A stretch of 56,032 nt of DNA from Anaerolineales bacterium (GTDB lineage: Bacteria > Chloroflexota > Anaerolineae > Anaerolineales > UBA11858). This document shows positions 33,563-43,099 of the stretch, piece by piece. The stretch is from NCBI GenBank assembly GCA_045888315.1, contig JBGCVQ010000116.1, positions 1 to 56,032 on the forward strand. Direction: 5' to 3'. Under the pieces are notes generated by a model. The model was not told the origin of the DNA, searched no databases, and saw nothing but the letters and a program-made list of their open reading frames with translations. Position 1 is the first letter of the stretch; each line of letters opens with the position of its first letter. The translations under genes and the position numbers were made by a program.

Positions 33563-36010
33563 ATGGATTTTGGTCTGGTTCGCCCGATTGACATCGATGA
33601 TGAAATGCAGCAGGCTTATCTGGATTACGCTATGAGCGTGATCGTATCCCGGGCACTGCCTGATTCCCGGGACGGATTGAAGCCGGTCCACCGCCGGATC
33701 TTATATGCCATGCATGATATGAAGATGGGTCCGGATTCATCGTATAAGAAATCAGCCCGCATCGTAGGAGAAGTGCTCGGAAAGTACCACCCCCACGGTG
33801 ATATGGCTGTCTATGATTCCATGGCCCGCATGGCCCAGGATTTTTCAATGCGCTATCCCCTGGTGGACGGCCAGGGAAACTACGGTTCGATCGATGGGGA
33901 TTCTCCAGCAGCGATGCGCTACACGGAAGCCCGCATGGCTCCCACCGCGACCTTGATGCTGGAGGACCTGGAAAAGCGCACCGTGGATTTCAGGGACAAT
34001 TTTGACGGCACATTGAAAGAACCGGACGTGCTGCCGGCAGCTTTCCCGAATCTCCTGGTTAACGGGGTCACAGGCATTGCCGTTGGCATGTCGACCAGCA
34101 TTCCCCCCCACAACCTGGGCGAGGTGGTCGATGCCCTGGATTTCATGCTCAAGAATTGGAAATCGATGGACAAGATCACTGTGGAAGAGCTCACTCAATT
34201 CATCCAGGGACCGGATTTTCCAACGGGTGGGGTGATCATCGAGGACAAGCGCCGCAGCGGTTTGAAGAGCGCCTACGGCGGCGGTCGGGGCAAGATCAGG
34301 GTCAGAGCCAAGGCTATCGTTGAGGAGATGTCCCGCGGCAGAAATAGGATCGTGATCACAGAGATCCCCTATATGACCAAGAAGTCCACCGTGCTGGAAA
34401 GGATTGCCAAGCTGGTCCGGGACGAGGAGATCGAAGGGATCGCAGATCTGCGCGATGAGTCCGACCGCCATGGGATGCGGATCGTGATCGAGCTGATGAA
34501 GTCCGCCCAGCCAGAAGAGGTCCTGGAGAATCTCTATAAACGCTCCACTTTGGAGAATACCTTCAGCATCATCATCCTTGCCCTGGTAGACGGAGAGCCC
34601 AAACTGCTCAACCTGAAGGGCGCTTTATTGGTTTTCCTGGAACACCGACTGGAAATTGTCAAGCGCCGCAGCCAGTTCGACCTGGAGAATGCCAAAGACC
34701 GTGAGCACGTCTTAGCAGGCCTGGTGACAGCCCTCGATAATCTCGATGCAGTGATTGACCTGATCCGTAATTCACGGACGGCAAAAACAGCCAGGAACAA
34801 CCTCATGCGGGAATTTTCCCTGACCGAGATCCAGGCCCAGGCCATTCTCGATATGCCCCTGCGGAGACTGGCCGGCTTGGAGCGCAAGAAGATCGAAGAG
34901 GAGTACAAGCAGGTTCAGAAGCGGATCAAGGAGCTAACCGCACTGCTGAAATCCCCCAAAAGGATGCGAGAAGTCGTGGCGGATTCCCTCCAGGATATCA
35001 AGGAGAAGTTCGGGGATGCGCGGCGGACGCAGATCGCCATGGTCGAAGGGGGCCTGGAAGCTGCGCCGATGAAACTCACCCAGCTCACTCCTTCAGAAAA
35101 TGTCTGGGTGATGATCAACCGGGATGGCTTGATCTCCCGGACACAGGGCGAGGATCTCCCCCGCCCCAGTGGTTGGGATGTGCCCAATTGGCTGGTCCGG
35201 GTCAACACCAGGGATACGCTTTTCCTGGTTGCTGAGAACGGCGAGGCGGCTGCGATCCCGGCCCACACCGTACCCGAAGCTGCCAAACCCAGCCAAGGTA
35301 TTCACTTCTCGAAACTCAGTCCCTTCCAAAAGGAAACCAGGTTAGGAGCTGTTTTCGGGCTTCCTCCCAAGGAGGATCGCGACCAAAGCTGGTATGTGAT
35401 CACTGTCACCGAACAGAGCATGCTCAAGAAAAGCGAGATAGGTGAGCTGCCTGGACCTTCTGCCCATCTATTCCCGATGGTCAAAGTCAATCAAGGGGAT
35501 AGGTTGATCTCCCTGCGCTTGAGCGATGGGAAGAAAGACATCTTCCTGGCGACCCTGGGAGGTATGGCGATCCGCTTCCCGGAAGAGGATGTGCGCCCCA
35601 TGGGCCTGGTTGCGGCTGGTGTCAACGGCATGAAACTTGATAAAGATGACCTGATCATTGGAATGGAAACCCTGCCAACCAAAGGCGAGGTGTTCTTCCT
35701 GACTTGCTCAGGCCGGGCGAAAAGAGTCAGCGAAGAGGATTTCCCGGTTCAAGGAAGATATGGCAAAGGCGTGATCGCCTGGAAGCTGGCGGACGATGAC
35801 GGCCTGGCAGGCATGACTGCGGGGAAGGGGACCATGCGGGTGACAGTGCACCTGGCGAACTACGCACCAAAGTCCGCTCGGCTGGATGATGCGCCGCTGC
35901 AGTCCCGTGTTGCCCAGAAAGGAAAAGATGTTGTAGAGGTCAAAGAGGATGACCGGGTGACCCTGTTGACGATCCCCTGGGAGATGGTTCGGCCAGTGAC
36001 CGACGATTGA
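33563..36010 (+). CDS. Type IIA topoisomerase subunit A (GyrA/ParC family; possibly topo IV-like)
   Basis: [24 protein letters not shown] and AAMRYTE (catalytic Tyr); C-terminal pinwheel repeats, but no canonical GyrA-box at the start of the CTD. Confidence 0.9.
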   Translation: MDFGLVRPIDIDDEMQQAYLDYAMSVIVSRALPDSRDGLKPVHRRILYAMHDMKMGPDSSYKKSARIVGEVLGKYHPHGDMAVYDSMARMAQDFSMRYPLVDGQGNYGSIDGDSPAAMRYTEARMAPTATLMLEDLEKRTVDFRDNFDGTLKEPDVLPAAFPNLLVNGVTGIAVGMSTSIPPHNLGEVVDALDFMLKNWKSMDKITVEELTQFIQGPDFPTGGVIIEDKRRSGLKSAYGGGRGKIRVRAKAIVEEMSRGRNRIVITEIPYMTKKSTVLERIAKLVRDEEIEGIADLRDESDRHGMRIVIELMKSAQPEEVLENLYKRSTLENTFSIIILALVDGEPKLLNLKGALLVFLEHRLEIVKRRSQFDLENAKDREHVLAGLVTALDNLDAVIDLIRNSRTAKTARNNLMREFSLTEIQAQAILDMPLRRLAGLERKKIEEEYKQVQKRIKELTALLKSPKRMREVVADSLQDIKEKFGDARRTQIAMVEGGLEAAPMKLTQLTPSENVWVMINRDGLISRTQGEDLPRPSGWDVPNWLVRVNTRDTLFLVAENGEAAAIPAHTVPEAAKPSQGIHFSKLSPFQKETRLGAVFGLPPKEDRDQSWYVITVTEQSMLKKSEIGELPGPSAHLFPMVKVNQGDRLISLRLSDGKKDIFLATLGGMAIRFPEEDVRPMGLVAAGVNGMKLDKDDLIIGMETLPTKGEVFFLTCSGRAKRVSEEDFPVQGRYGKGVIAWKLADDDGLAGMTAGKGTMRVTVHLANYAPKSARLDDAPLQSRVAQKGKDVVEVKEDDRVTLLTIPWEMVRPVTDD

Positions 36011-36019
36011 TCTGCGGTG

Positions 36020-37117
36020 TCATTTACTGATCGAGAATTGGGAGAAGTGGTAAGCGATCTTGCCCTCGATCAACCCGATGGTATCACTCCCGTTCTGCAC
36101 ATCACCGGCAGATGAGCTGGCGGTCCAGCTGATCTGCCGAGTATTCCCGGTACCGCTGTATCCTGCCAGCGTGAACTCCGCGTTTGGCAGGATTTCTGTG
36201 AACAGGGCGCTGAACCAGCTTTTGATGGATTCGACCCCCTGGACGGTGCGCTCGCTGGTGATGTGAACCGCATCCGGGCGGTAGAAGCTCCCCAATTTTT
36301 CAACATCATGGCCATTGAGGGCCGCCAGGATCTGCTCCGAGATATCCTTGGGAGGAGTTGGTCCGCCATCCCAATCGAAGTCCCGGATGGTCCGGTAGTA
36401 TTCGGCAGGCAGGTAGGTGTGCAGGTTTCCCCATTCCCAGAAGTTGAAACCGGAGAGCTTGAGGTCCTTGGCTGTTTGCATGAATTCAACGATCTCGGAT
36501 ACCTTTGGGGTCCAGCCGTATTCCGTGAAGGATGCGCCAGTGGGGAAGATAGGGGGAGTGTACTGCAGGTTCTTGAATTCCGCGATGCTCTTCTTGAGCT
36601 GTGCCCCGGGATTGTTGGCAAACATCCAGTACACCTGGGGCATGGTCAAGTCGCATTTTTTCAGGAATTGGTTCCACGGTAGTGTAGGATGGTAGTTTGG
36701 GTACCTGTATGAGCTCAGGGCGATGGGGATATTTGTGATGGCGCTGGTGAGCTGGTTCATGAAAGTGGTGGCGGCAGTGTACTTTTCCTTATAGTGGCCT
36801 TCGGCATTGATCACATACCCGTCCACACCTAGTTCCCGGATGCGGCTGATAGCTTTGGAGGCTTCCTGTCCGGGCTGGTCTCCGAACAGATAATGCCAGC
36901 CCCAGACCTTGATCCCCTCCGCCTTCAAGGCAGCAACCAGGGGCGGGACCAGGTCGATATTCTTCTCCCAGTCATAGTTATAGCTGTAAATGCCATTGGC
37001 GATCTTGATCAGCACATGGCTGTAATTTGAACTGACTGCGCGCCTGGTGATCTCACTGATGCTGCCGTTATGACAGTTCTGGATCTTCCAGATGAACATT
37101 CCTTTTCCAGTTAACAT
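36020..37117 (-). CDS. Putative TIM-barrel glycoside hydrolase-like domain fused to a C-terminal SnoaL/NTF2-like domain
   Basis: N-terminal VWGWHY, YVINAE and MPQVYW (GH25-like character); C-terminal ALNGHDVEKLGSFYRPDAV...QGVESIKSWF...GKIAYH. Confidence 0.55.
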   Translation of the reverse strand: MLTGKGMFIWKIQNCHNGSISEITRRAVSSNYSHVLIKIANGIYSYNYDWEKNIDLVPPLVAALKAEGIKVWGWHYLFGDQPGQEASKAISRIRELGVDGYVINAEGHYKEKYTAATTFMNQLTSAITNIPIALSSYRYPNYHPTLPWNQFLKKCDLTMPQVYWMFANNPGAQLKKSIAEFKNLQYTPPIFPTGASFTEYGWTPKVSEIVEFMQTAKDLKLSGFNFWEWGNLHTYLPAEYYRTIRDFDWDGGPTPPKDISEQILAALNGHDVEKLGSFYRPDAVHITSERTVQGVESIKSWFSALFTEILPNAEFTLAGYSGTGNTRQISWTASSSAGDVQNGSDTIGLIEGKIAYHFSQFSISK

Positions 37118-37187
37118 ATCTTATCCTCGCTTGCCATGTCTGCGACTGGCCGTGGGACCTCCGTATTTCATGGGGCGATCATCCCCC

Positions 37188-38243
37188 TTATTGAGGTGCG
37201 TTTAATGCCTCTTTCAACAATGTCCGGATAGCATGATAATTGGGCAGCAGGACCTGGGCGCCCCCAGGCGTGATCCAATCCGTGACATATTTTTGGTTGA
37301 TAAAGTACTGGTTGATCAGGGATTTATCGCTCAGCTTCGAGGCAATCGGAGCCAGATCAAGGATCGTTTGCAAATCCAGGTTGGTGGTAACGTTGCTGGC
37401 GTAAGTGCTGTAAAGCTGCGGGATCTTGGTCAGGGTATTCAGGGAAAACAGCCGGTCCAGGATGGAGTTAAGCACTTGCTGCTGGCGTTTGTTGCGTTCA
37501 AAGTCATTTGTGGTGACTCGCGAGCGAACATACCAGAGTGCTTCTCTTCCGTACATGAGCCTGTTCCCGGGGTAGACGCAGTGGCTCTCACCATGGCCCC
37601 ATTTATCGTCACAGACTGTTTGGAGCACATTGACGTAGATACCTCCCAGGTCATTCACTGCGTATTCAAAGGCCCATAAATTAACCAGGACATAATAATC
37701 AGGCTTGATACCAAAGTTATGCATCATGGTGTCCTGCAGTAGTTTGAATCCCCCGTGGGCGAAAGCGGTGTTGATCCTCTGCTCAGTCCAGCCCGGGATG
37801 TAGATATACAGGTCCCGGGGGAAGGAGGTGAGGTTGACAGTGCCAGTCTCGGTATTGATTGTCACCAGGATAATCGTATCCGTTCTCCCAACCATTCCCT
37901 TATATCTCTGGTCTGATCCCAGGATCAGGATGTTCACTTGGTTATCAGGTTGGGTGATGGGATCCACGCCCTTGGTGTTGCTGGCGGGTCTGATCAACTC
38001 GGGCTTGGGGGTGTTCGTCGGGGTGGGGGTGGGATAATCCGTGGGCAAGTAGGTCGCTGTGGAAGCCTGTGGTTGGAATGCGGTAGCTGTAGGGGTTGCC
38101 CCGGGAGGCGCTTTGAGGATATTCGCGGCAGGCAGTCTTTCCGCAGGGGCAGCTAATCCGGTGCCCAGCACAACGCCCAGGGCCAGCAAGCCCAGCACGA
38201 TCAAGCCGATGATGTAGGGAAGGTAGCGTTTAATCTTGCTCAT
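37188..38243 (-). CDS. LCP (LytR-CpsA-Psr) family phosphotransferase
   Basis: N-terminal TM, Pro/Thr linker, NILILGSD, RTDTI, FPRDLY, RINTA, YVRSR and DFERNKRQQ motifs. Confidence 0.92.
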   Translation of the reverse strand: MSKIKRYLPYIIGLIVLGLLALGVVLGTGLAAPAERLPAANILKAPPGATPTATAFQPQASTATYLPTDYPTPTPTNTPKPELIRPASNTKGVDPITQPDNQVNILILGSDQRYKGMVGRTDTIILVTINTETGTVNLTSFPRDLYIYIPGWTEQRINTAFAHGGFKLLQDTMMHNFGIKPDYYVLVNLWAFEYAVNDLGGIYVNVLQTVCDDKWGHGESHCVYPGNRLMYGREALWYVRSRVTTNDFERNKRQQQVLNSILDRLFSLNTLTKIPQLYSTYASNVTTNLDLQTILDLAPIASKLSDKSLINQYFINQKYVTDWITPGGAQVLLPNYHAIRTLLKEALNAPQ

Positions 38244-38421
38244 GGTCAATGTCCATCATCCGATCTGGCAGCCCAACCTCCGGCAGTTATCGAACAACCG
38301 GAAATCCCAGGAACTGGGGATCCCGTATTGTTAAACAGGAGAAGTGGGTTCTTGCCAGCAACCCTTGTGTATAGAGGTAGCAAGAACTGTACCAGTGGGG
38401 ATTTCTTTTCCAATTTGGATC

Positions 38422-40467
38422 CTATAGGAACGCCAGCAGCAGACTTACAGTCGTACCGGTGCCCGGTGAGCTTTCTACCCACATTCTTCCCCCTTCGTTT
38501 TCCACCAGGTTCTTGGTGACATACAGGTTGGTCATCACCTGGCTCAGCTGGTCCTGCTGTTCTGCTGTCAGGTGGTCGTTCAATATGCCTGCGATCTCAT
38601 CAGGATAGTAGCCCTCACCCTGGTCGGTGATCTTGATATGGGCAAAATGTTGGGTGTGGTCCTCTTTGTAGATCTGCGTCTTGATGTGGATTTCGCCTTC
38701 AGCTGGGCACTCTGCGACAGCGTTAGCGACCAAGAAGGAGAATATCTCGCGGAACAAAGCATGGTTCATCCGCAGCAGGGGAGGATCTTCCGGCAGATCG
38801 AGCGTGGTGGTAAGCTTCTTCTTGGTGATTTCCGACTGGATGTCATCCAGGCAGGAATGGATGGCCTCAACCAGGTTGGCCGGCTTGGCGCTGTCAGGAT
38901 CGGACTCGGTGCTTTTGATGATCTTCTCTGTCTCGGTACTCAGTTCAGCTGGCTCATTGTACTCCCCATCATCGCGGACCTGGCCAAGTTCTTTTTGGAT
39001 GACAGATATGTACTTCCGGAGGGCTTCCGTGGATTCCTTGTTGGACAGGTCCACGAGCATTTCCAGGTGCCTTTGAAGAGCATTCCCCCAGCTTAACAGG
39101 CGGTTGTATTTCTTTTGCAGGCTGCCCTGGTCCAGCAGCAGATTTTGGTGTTCCTTCGAGAGCAGGGCGATATCTTCCCGAAGCTGCTGTTTGTCCTTGC
39201 TGAGGACAGTCAATTTTTCAGACAGCTCCTGGATGGTGCTGCTCACTCCCTCTTCGTCGCTGTCTTGAGTAACCAGATGATGGCTGAAGGCCTGTTCATA
39301 CAGCTTGCAGAGCAGCTGGATATAATCCTGGTCCTCTTTGGTCCAGGGCCGGTTCGAGAACGGGGAAAACAGGATGACGCCGATGGTTTTATTCGCACCT
39401 GAGACGTAAACGGGAGATGCCAGAAGGTGACCCGGCTTGCTGAGCTGGAGCATTTTTGCCAGGTGGGAGAGATCCCGGGATGTGCTGCTGGCAGGGATAT
39501 GAAGCATCTTGCCGCGCTCGATGTAATTGGAAATCAGCGGGATACTCTTGCTGTCTAGGGTAACGGCTTGAAGGGGCTCCTCGCGGATCAGGTCATAGCC
39601 GGCGATGATGCGGATCTTGCCGTGCTTATCTGGGGTATCGATGACCATTGTCAGGTCCGAGAGGATCAGATATGCCGTGGTTTTTGCTATCTTATACAGG
39701 ATGCCGCTGCGGTCGGTCGAGTTGAAAAGCTGTTCAATGATGGCCAGGATATGGTAGTCGACGCTGAACCGGCGCCGATCCAGCCCCTCTCCTTCAGCCC
39801 GTTCGGCCATGAGTGAGTCGCCGGTTGGAAAGCGGTCTCCCAGTACCAGCAGCAGGGGATAAGCGACCAACTGTGCCAGGTGGAGGATTTCCAGGTTGCT
39901 TCCCAGCAGGGCGAGAATGGACCCTATGATCAAAATCCCCAACATGAACAACCCGTGATGCCAGAGGTTGGGCTTTCGGATCAGGATCAGACCCGTACTG
40001 ATGACCAGGATGGTGACCGACAGACCCTGCCAGAAGGACATCGACCCCAGCACCCCCTCCGAGAGTGATGGCAAGGCAGTCAGCTGCAGGACAGCCAGCG
40101 CCGCGGCCGCCAGTGATATCAGGATCACCAGCAGATCGATCTCACGAGTGCGTTCCGGGAAGTTCCACATCCAGGCGATGAGGAGGATGCCGATCAATGA
40201 GCTGGCCTGGTCGAGGACCAGTATATTGGGGGAGAATTCTCCGGCCACCTGCCAGCTGAGATAAGTAAGTATAAATGTGCCCAGCCGCGCGACCAGCAGT
40301 CCGGCAAGACCCATGACCATGCGGTAGCCCTGAGTGAACCTGTCCCTGCGCCACTGCAGATAGACTTTGATCAGCGCTGCCGCGACAGCGAGGATGATCA
40401 GCAGGGAATAGCCCAGAAAACCAAGTGGTAGATTGGTCCCGTTAGGTTCGATTTGCATCTGAATCAT
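38422..40467 (-). CDS. Membrane protein with a GAF domain and a degenerate HATPase_c domain (histidine-kinase-like)
   Basis: ~7 TM, GAF-like region (RPWTKEDQ), coiled coil, LVANAV, DQGEG and GGRMWVESSPGTGT; no H-box or G2 box recognised. Confidence 0.65.
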   Translation of the reverse strand: MIQMQIEPNGTNLPLGFLGYSLLIILAVAAALIKVYLQWRRDRFTQGYRMVMGLAGLLVARLGTFILTYLSWQVAGEFSPNILVLDQASSLIGILLIAWMWNFPERTREIDLLVILISLAAAALAVLQLTALPSLSEGVLGSMSFWQGLSVTILVISTGLILIRKPNLWHHGLFMLGILIIGSILALLGSNLEILHLAQLVAYPLLLVLGDRFPTGDSLMAERAEGEGLDRRRFSVDYHILAIIEQLFNSTDRSGILYKIAKTTAYLILSDLTMVIDTPDKHGKIRIIAGYDLIREEPLQAVTLDSKSIPLISNYIERGKMLHIPASSTSRDLSHLAKMLQLSKPGHLLASPVYVSGANKTIGVILFSPFSNRPWTKEDQDYIQLLCKLYEQAFSHHLVTQDSDEEGVSSTIQELSEKLTVLSKDKQQLREDIALLSKEHQNLLLDQGSLQKKYNRLLSWGNALQRHLEMLVDLSNKESTEALRKYISVIQKELGQVRDDGEYNEPAELSTETEKIIKSTESDPDSAKPANLVEAIHSCLDDIQSEITKKKLTTTLDLPEDPPLLRMNHALFREIFSFLVANAVAECPAEGEIHIKTQIYKEDHTQHFAHIKITDQGEGYYPDEIAGILNDHLTAEQQDQLSQVMTNLYVTKNLVENEGGRMWVESSPGTGTTVSLLLAFL

Positions 40468-40571
40468 AAGGCACACTCTCCTGAATTATAGCACGGGTTG
40501 GGTTTTGGAACCCAGTGGTCTAGCCAGGTTTCCTGGAAGTAAATTCTCCCGTTGGTGAGGACCTGCCATGG

Positions 40572-40599
40572 TTGACAAAATGACAAGTCAGGGTAAAAT
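40572..40599 (+). promoter_or_regulatory. Sigma70 promoter for tRNA-Leu
   Basis: TTGACA-16 nt-TAAAAT. Confidence 0.75.
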
Positions 40600-40621
40600 T
40601 GCACCTGCAAGCAGCAATATT

Positions 40622-40706
40622 GCCGAAGTGGCGGAACAGGCAGACGCGCTACGTTCAGGGCGTAGTGGGCTTTACGCCCATGTGGGTTCGACTCCCACCT
40701 TCGGCA
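40622..40706 (+). tRNA. tRNA-Leu(CAG)
   Basis: GCCGAAG/CTTCGGC acceptor stem, CTACG-TTCAGGG-CGTAG anticodon arm, long variable arm, GGTTCGACTCC T-loop; CCA not encoded. Confidence 0.95.
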
Positions 40707-40709
40707 CAC

Positions 40710-40746
40710 AAAAGGACCCGGTCCCTCCAAGGGAACGGGTCCTTTT
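40710..40746 (+). terminator. Intrinsic terminator after tRNA-Leu
   Basis: AAAAGGACCCG...CGGGTCCTTTT stem-loop. Confidence 0.8.
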
Positions 40747-40818
40747 CGGTGAAGGCTGGCAAACATCTTGCAGGGGAGGCTGGTTGCAGGGCCGTTCGTT
40801 GTGCGTTAAGATAGAACT

Positions 40819-41196
40819 ATGGATCTAAAACGAGGGAAAACGCTTTTCCTGTTAGGCTTTCTGGCCGTGGTAGTGATCTGGATGGTGGTATTTGTGAGCC
40901 GGATCGCTGATTACCGGCGCCTGTCAGCGGAGTTTGAGGATGCCCAGCAAACCCTGATCGCCCTGACAGCGACCACCGGCGCCCTCTCGACCCAGGTGGT
41001 CTGGGCCGGTTCGGATCAGGCGGTTGAGCAGTGGGCCTATACAGAGAGAAAATGGATCCGGGAAGGGGATCAGCGGGTTGCTATCATGCCCGTTGAGGGG
41101 ACGCCAGCGCCGGAGCTGTTGATCCAGACCCCCACACCAGAGCCTCAGAACCTCTTTCAGATCTGGTGGGAGCTGTTTTTCTCCACCAAACCTTGA
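40819..41196 (+). CDS. FtsB/DivIC-like small membrane protein
   Basis: One N-terminal TM, a coiled coil, and SDQAVEQWAYTERKWIREGD, which resembles the DivIC 'D..iE..AR..lg...gE' motif. Confidence 0.5.
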   Translation: MDLKRGKTLFLLGFLAVVVIWMVVFVSRIADYRRLSAEFEDAQQTLIALTATTGALSTQVVWAGSDQAVEQWAYTERKWIREGDQRVAIMPVEGTPAPELLIQTPTPEPQNLFQIWWELFFSTKP

Positions 41197-41221
41197 CCGG
41201 AGATATCGCACATGCTATAAT
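41193..41221 (+). promoter_or_regulatory. Sigma70 promoter for tRNA-fMet
   Basis: TTGACC-17 nt-TATAAT with a TG extension. Confidence 0.8.
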
Positions 41222-41235
41222 CTGCTGTCCATCGA

Positions 41236-41307
41236 CGCGGGGTAGAGCAGTGGCAGCTCGTCGGGCTCATAACCCGGAGGTCCCAGGTTCGAATCCTGGC
41301 CCCGCTA
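41236..41307 (+). tRNA. Initiator tRNA-fMet(CAT)
   Basis: CAT anticodon, three consecutive G-C pairs in the anticodon stem, unpaired C1, A11-U24; CCA not encoded. Confidence 0.93.
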
Positions 41308-41312
41308 CTCTA

Positions 41313-41342
41313 AAAAGCCATAGTAATCAAACTATGGCTTTT
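41313..41342 (+). terminator. Intrinsic terminator after tRNA-fMet
   Basis: AAAAGCCATAGT/ACTATGGCTTTT stem. Confidence 0.8.
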
Positions 41343-41429
41343 GTCTTTATAGCTATCCCTGGTTCACGGTTTAGGTATTTCTGGAGTTATTTCATGCGTT
41401 AAAATCAAACAGATCGAGGAAGGGGCAGG

Positions 41430-41939
41430 ATGGCGATCGCGATTATTCTCATGGGAGTTTCAGGCTGTGGAAAGTCCAGCGTGGGCAGGGAGCTCTCTGC
41501 TTGCCTGGGCTGGCCCTTCTTTGATGGGGATGACTATCACCCACTGGAGAATATCAACAAGATGGCCCGGGAAATCCCACTAGATGACAAGGATCGCCTG
41601 CCCTGGCTGAAAAGCTTGCACGGGCTGATCGTTAATAGCCTGGATCGCGGCCAATCACTGATCCTGGCTTGTTCCGCCCTGAAACGTGCATATCGGGAGA
41701 TCCTCAAGGGGGATCGCCAGGACGTGCGCTTCGTTTACCTGGAAGGCACATATGAGCTGATCCACCAGCGAATGTTGGAGCGCAGCGAGCACTATATGAA
41801 AGCCAGGATGCTCCAGAGTCAATTCGGGGAATTAGAACCTCCTGTACGAGCCTTGAGGGTGAACATCGATAGGCCAGTACGAGAGATCGTAGAAAAAATC
41901 AGGAATTTATTGGATCCCCAAGCGATGGTGGGGGACTAA
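41430..41939 (+). CDS. gntK: Gluconokinase (GntK/IdnK type)
   Basis: MGVSGCGKS, DGDDYHP, DRLPWL, ACSALKRAYR and LQSQF motifs. Confidence 0.9.
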   Translation: MAIAIILMGVSGCGKSSVGRELSACLGWPFFDGDDYHPLENINKMAREIPLDDKDRLPWLKSLHGLIVNSLDRGQSLILACSALKRAYREILKGDRQDVRFVYLEGTYELIHQRMLERSEHYMKARMLQSQFGELEPPVRALRVNIDRPVREIVEKIRNLLDPQAMVGD

Positions 41940-42137
41940 CTCGATCTCTCCAATTCCCTATTCAATTCTTTCGGGACCGTTTGATTGGAAATAACTGGTC
42001 CCTTCTCAAGAATTCCCGTTTCAAGGCGATCTACCCTGCTTTTAATGAATTTTATATTTTCCATTTATGGATTGTTAACTATGTTCTTGTATAGTAGTTA
42101 AAGGTATAAGATCGAATTGATCGAGGAGGTACATGCT

Positions 42138-42575
42138 ATGTATAGAAGATTTCGTATGCCCACTATATGGCGTGAAATGGATCAGCTCCAGCGCGAGATG
42201 AACCGCCTGATGGATACCTCTTACGGGGCTCGCTCTTTTTCCCCCTTGAGTTATCCGGCGATCAATATCTGGACCAACAAGGACGAGATGATCGTCAGCG
42301 CGGAACTGCCTGGTATCAAAGCTGAGGACATTGACCTGGACATCACCGCTGATGGACTTGTGCTTTCCGGAGAAAGAAAGCCAGCTGCGGTCGGAGATGG
42401 TGCCCAGTACCACCGCCAAGAGCGCAATTTCGGCAAATTCAACCGCTCTATCCAGCTCCCGTTCATCGTTGACCCTGGGAAAACCAAGGCGGTCTTTAAG
42501 AACGGCATCCTGGAGATCACCCTTGTTCGCGCTGAGGCGGATAAACCCAAGAAGATTGCCGTCAAGGCAGGATAG
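42138..42575 (+). CDS. Hsp20/alpha-crystallin small heat-shock protein
   Basis: YPAINIW, AELPG, ERNFGKFNRS and A.FKNGILEI motifs; GGAGG SD. Confidence 0.92.
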   Translation: MYRRFRMPTIWREMDQLQREMNRLMDTSYGARSFSPLSYPAINIWTNKDEMIVSAELPGIKAEDIDLDITADGLVLSGERKPAAVGDGAQYHRQERNFGKFNRSIQLPFIVDPGKTKAVFKNGILEITLVRAEADKPKKIAVKAG

Positions 42576-42610
42576 TTGAGATTGTCTGATTGAAAAGGGA
42601 GGTTGATGAG

Positions 42611-43024
42611 ATGACAAAAAAAGATCAAAAGGCCATGGAAGTGGCTGATCAGGAGATCGTTGAAAAAGAGGATTCCGAGCGCACCCGGGACCGACAGTGC
42701 TTTGTGCCCAAGACCGATATCTATGAGACCGAGGACACGATCATCCTGCTCGCCGACCTGCCGGGAGTGAGCCAGGATTCGGTGGATATCGTTTTGGACA
42801 AGAACGTCCTGACCATTGACGCGTATAACAGTTCAAGTGAGAACAAGGATTATTCAGTTACCTACAGTGAGTATGTCCCAGGTGATTATCACCGAAGATT
42901 CCGGCTGACCAGGGAAATCGACCGCGACAAGATCGAAGCCGTTGTTTCCGATGGGGTCCTCGAACTGAGGCTCCCCAAGGCTGAAGAGGCCAAGGTCAAG
43001 AAAATACCCATCAAAGCCGGATGA
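42611..43024 (+). CDS. Hsp20/alpha-crystallin small heat-shock protein (second copy)
   Basis: PKTDIYE, ADLPGV and DGVLELRLPK motifs. Confidence 0.92.
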   Translation: MTKKDQKAMEVADQEIVEKEDSERTRDRQCFVPKTDIYETEDTIILLADLPGVSQDSVDIVLDKNVLTIDAYNSSSENKDYSVTYSEYVPGDYHRRFRLTREIDRDKIEAVVSDGVLELRLPKAEEAKVKKIPIKAG

Positions 43025-43034
43025 TCATTCTCCC

Positions 43035-43060
43035 CAGCGCCTGAGATCCCTCAGGCGCTG
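43035..43060. terminator. Hairpin between convergent genes
   Basis: Perfect 11-bp stem CAGCGCCTGAG/CTCAGGCGCTG. Confidence 0.65.
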
Positions 43061-43099
43061 ATCATTTAAGGTGGAGAGTGAGCCAGGAATACCGAGTAC

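Noticed and set aside
40464-40828. Short ORFs overlapping tRNA-Leu (and 41166-41402 over tRNA-fMet)
   Set aside because: They are translations of tRNA and terminator sequence.
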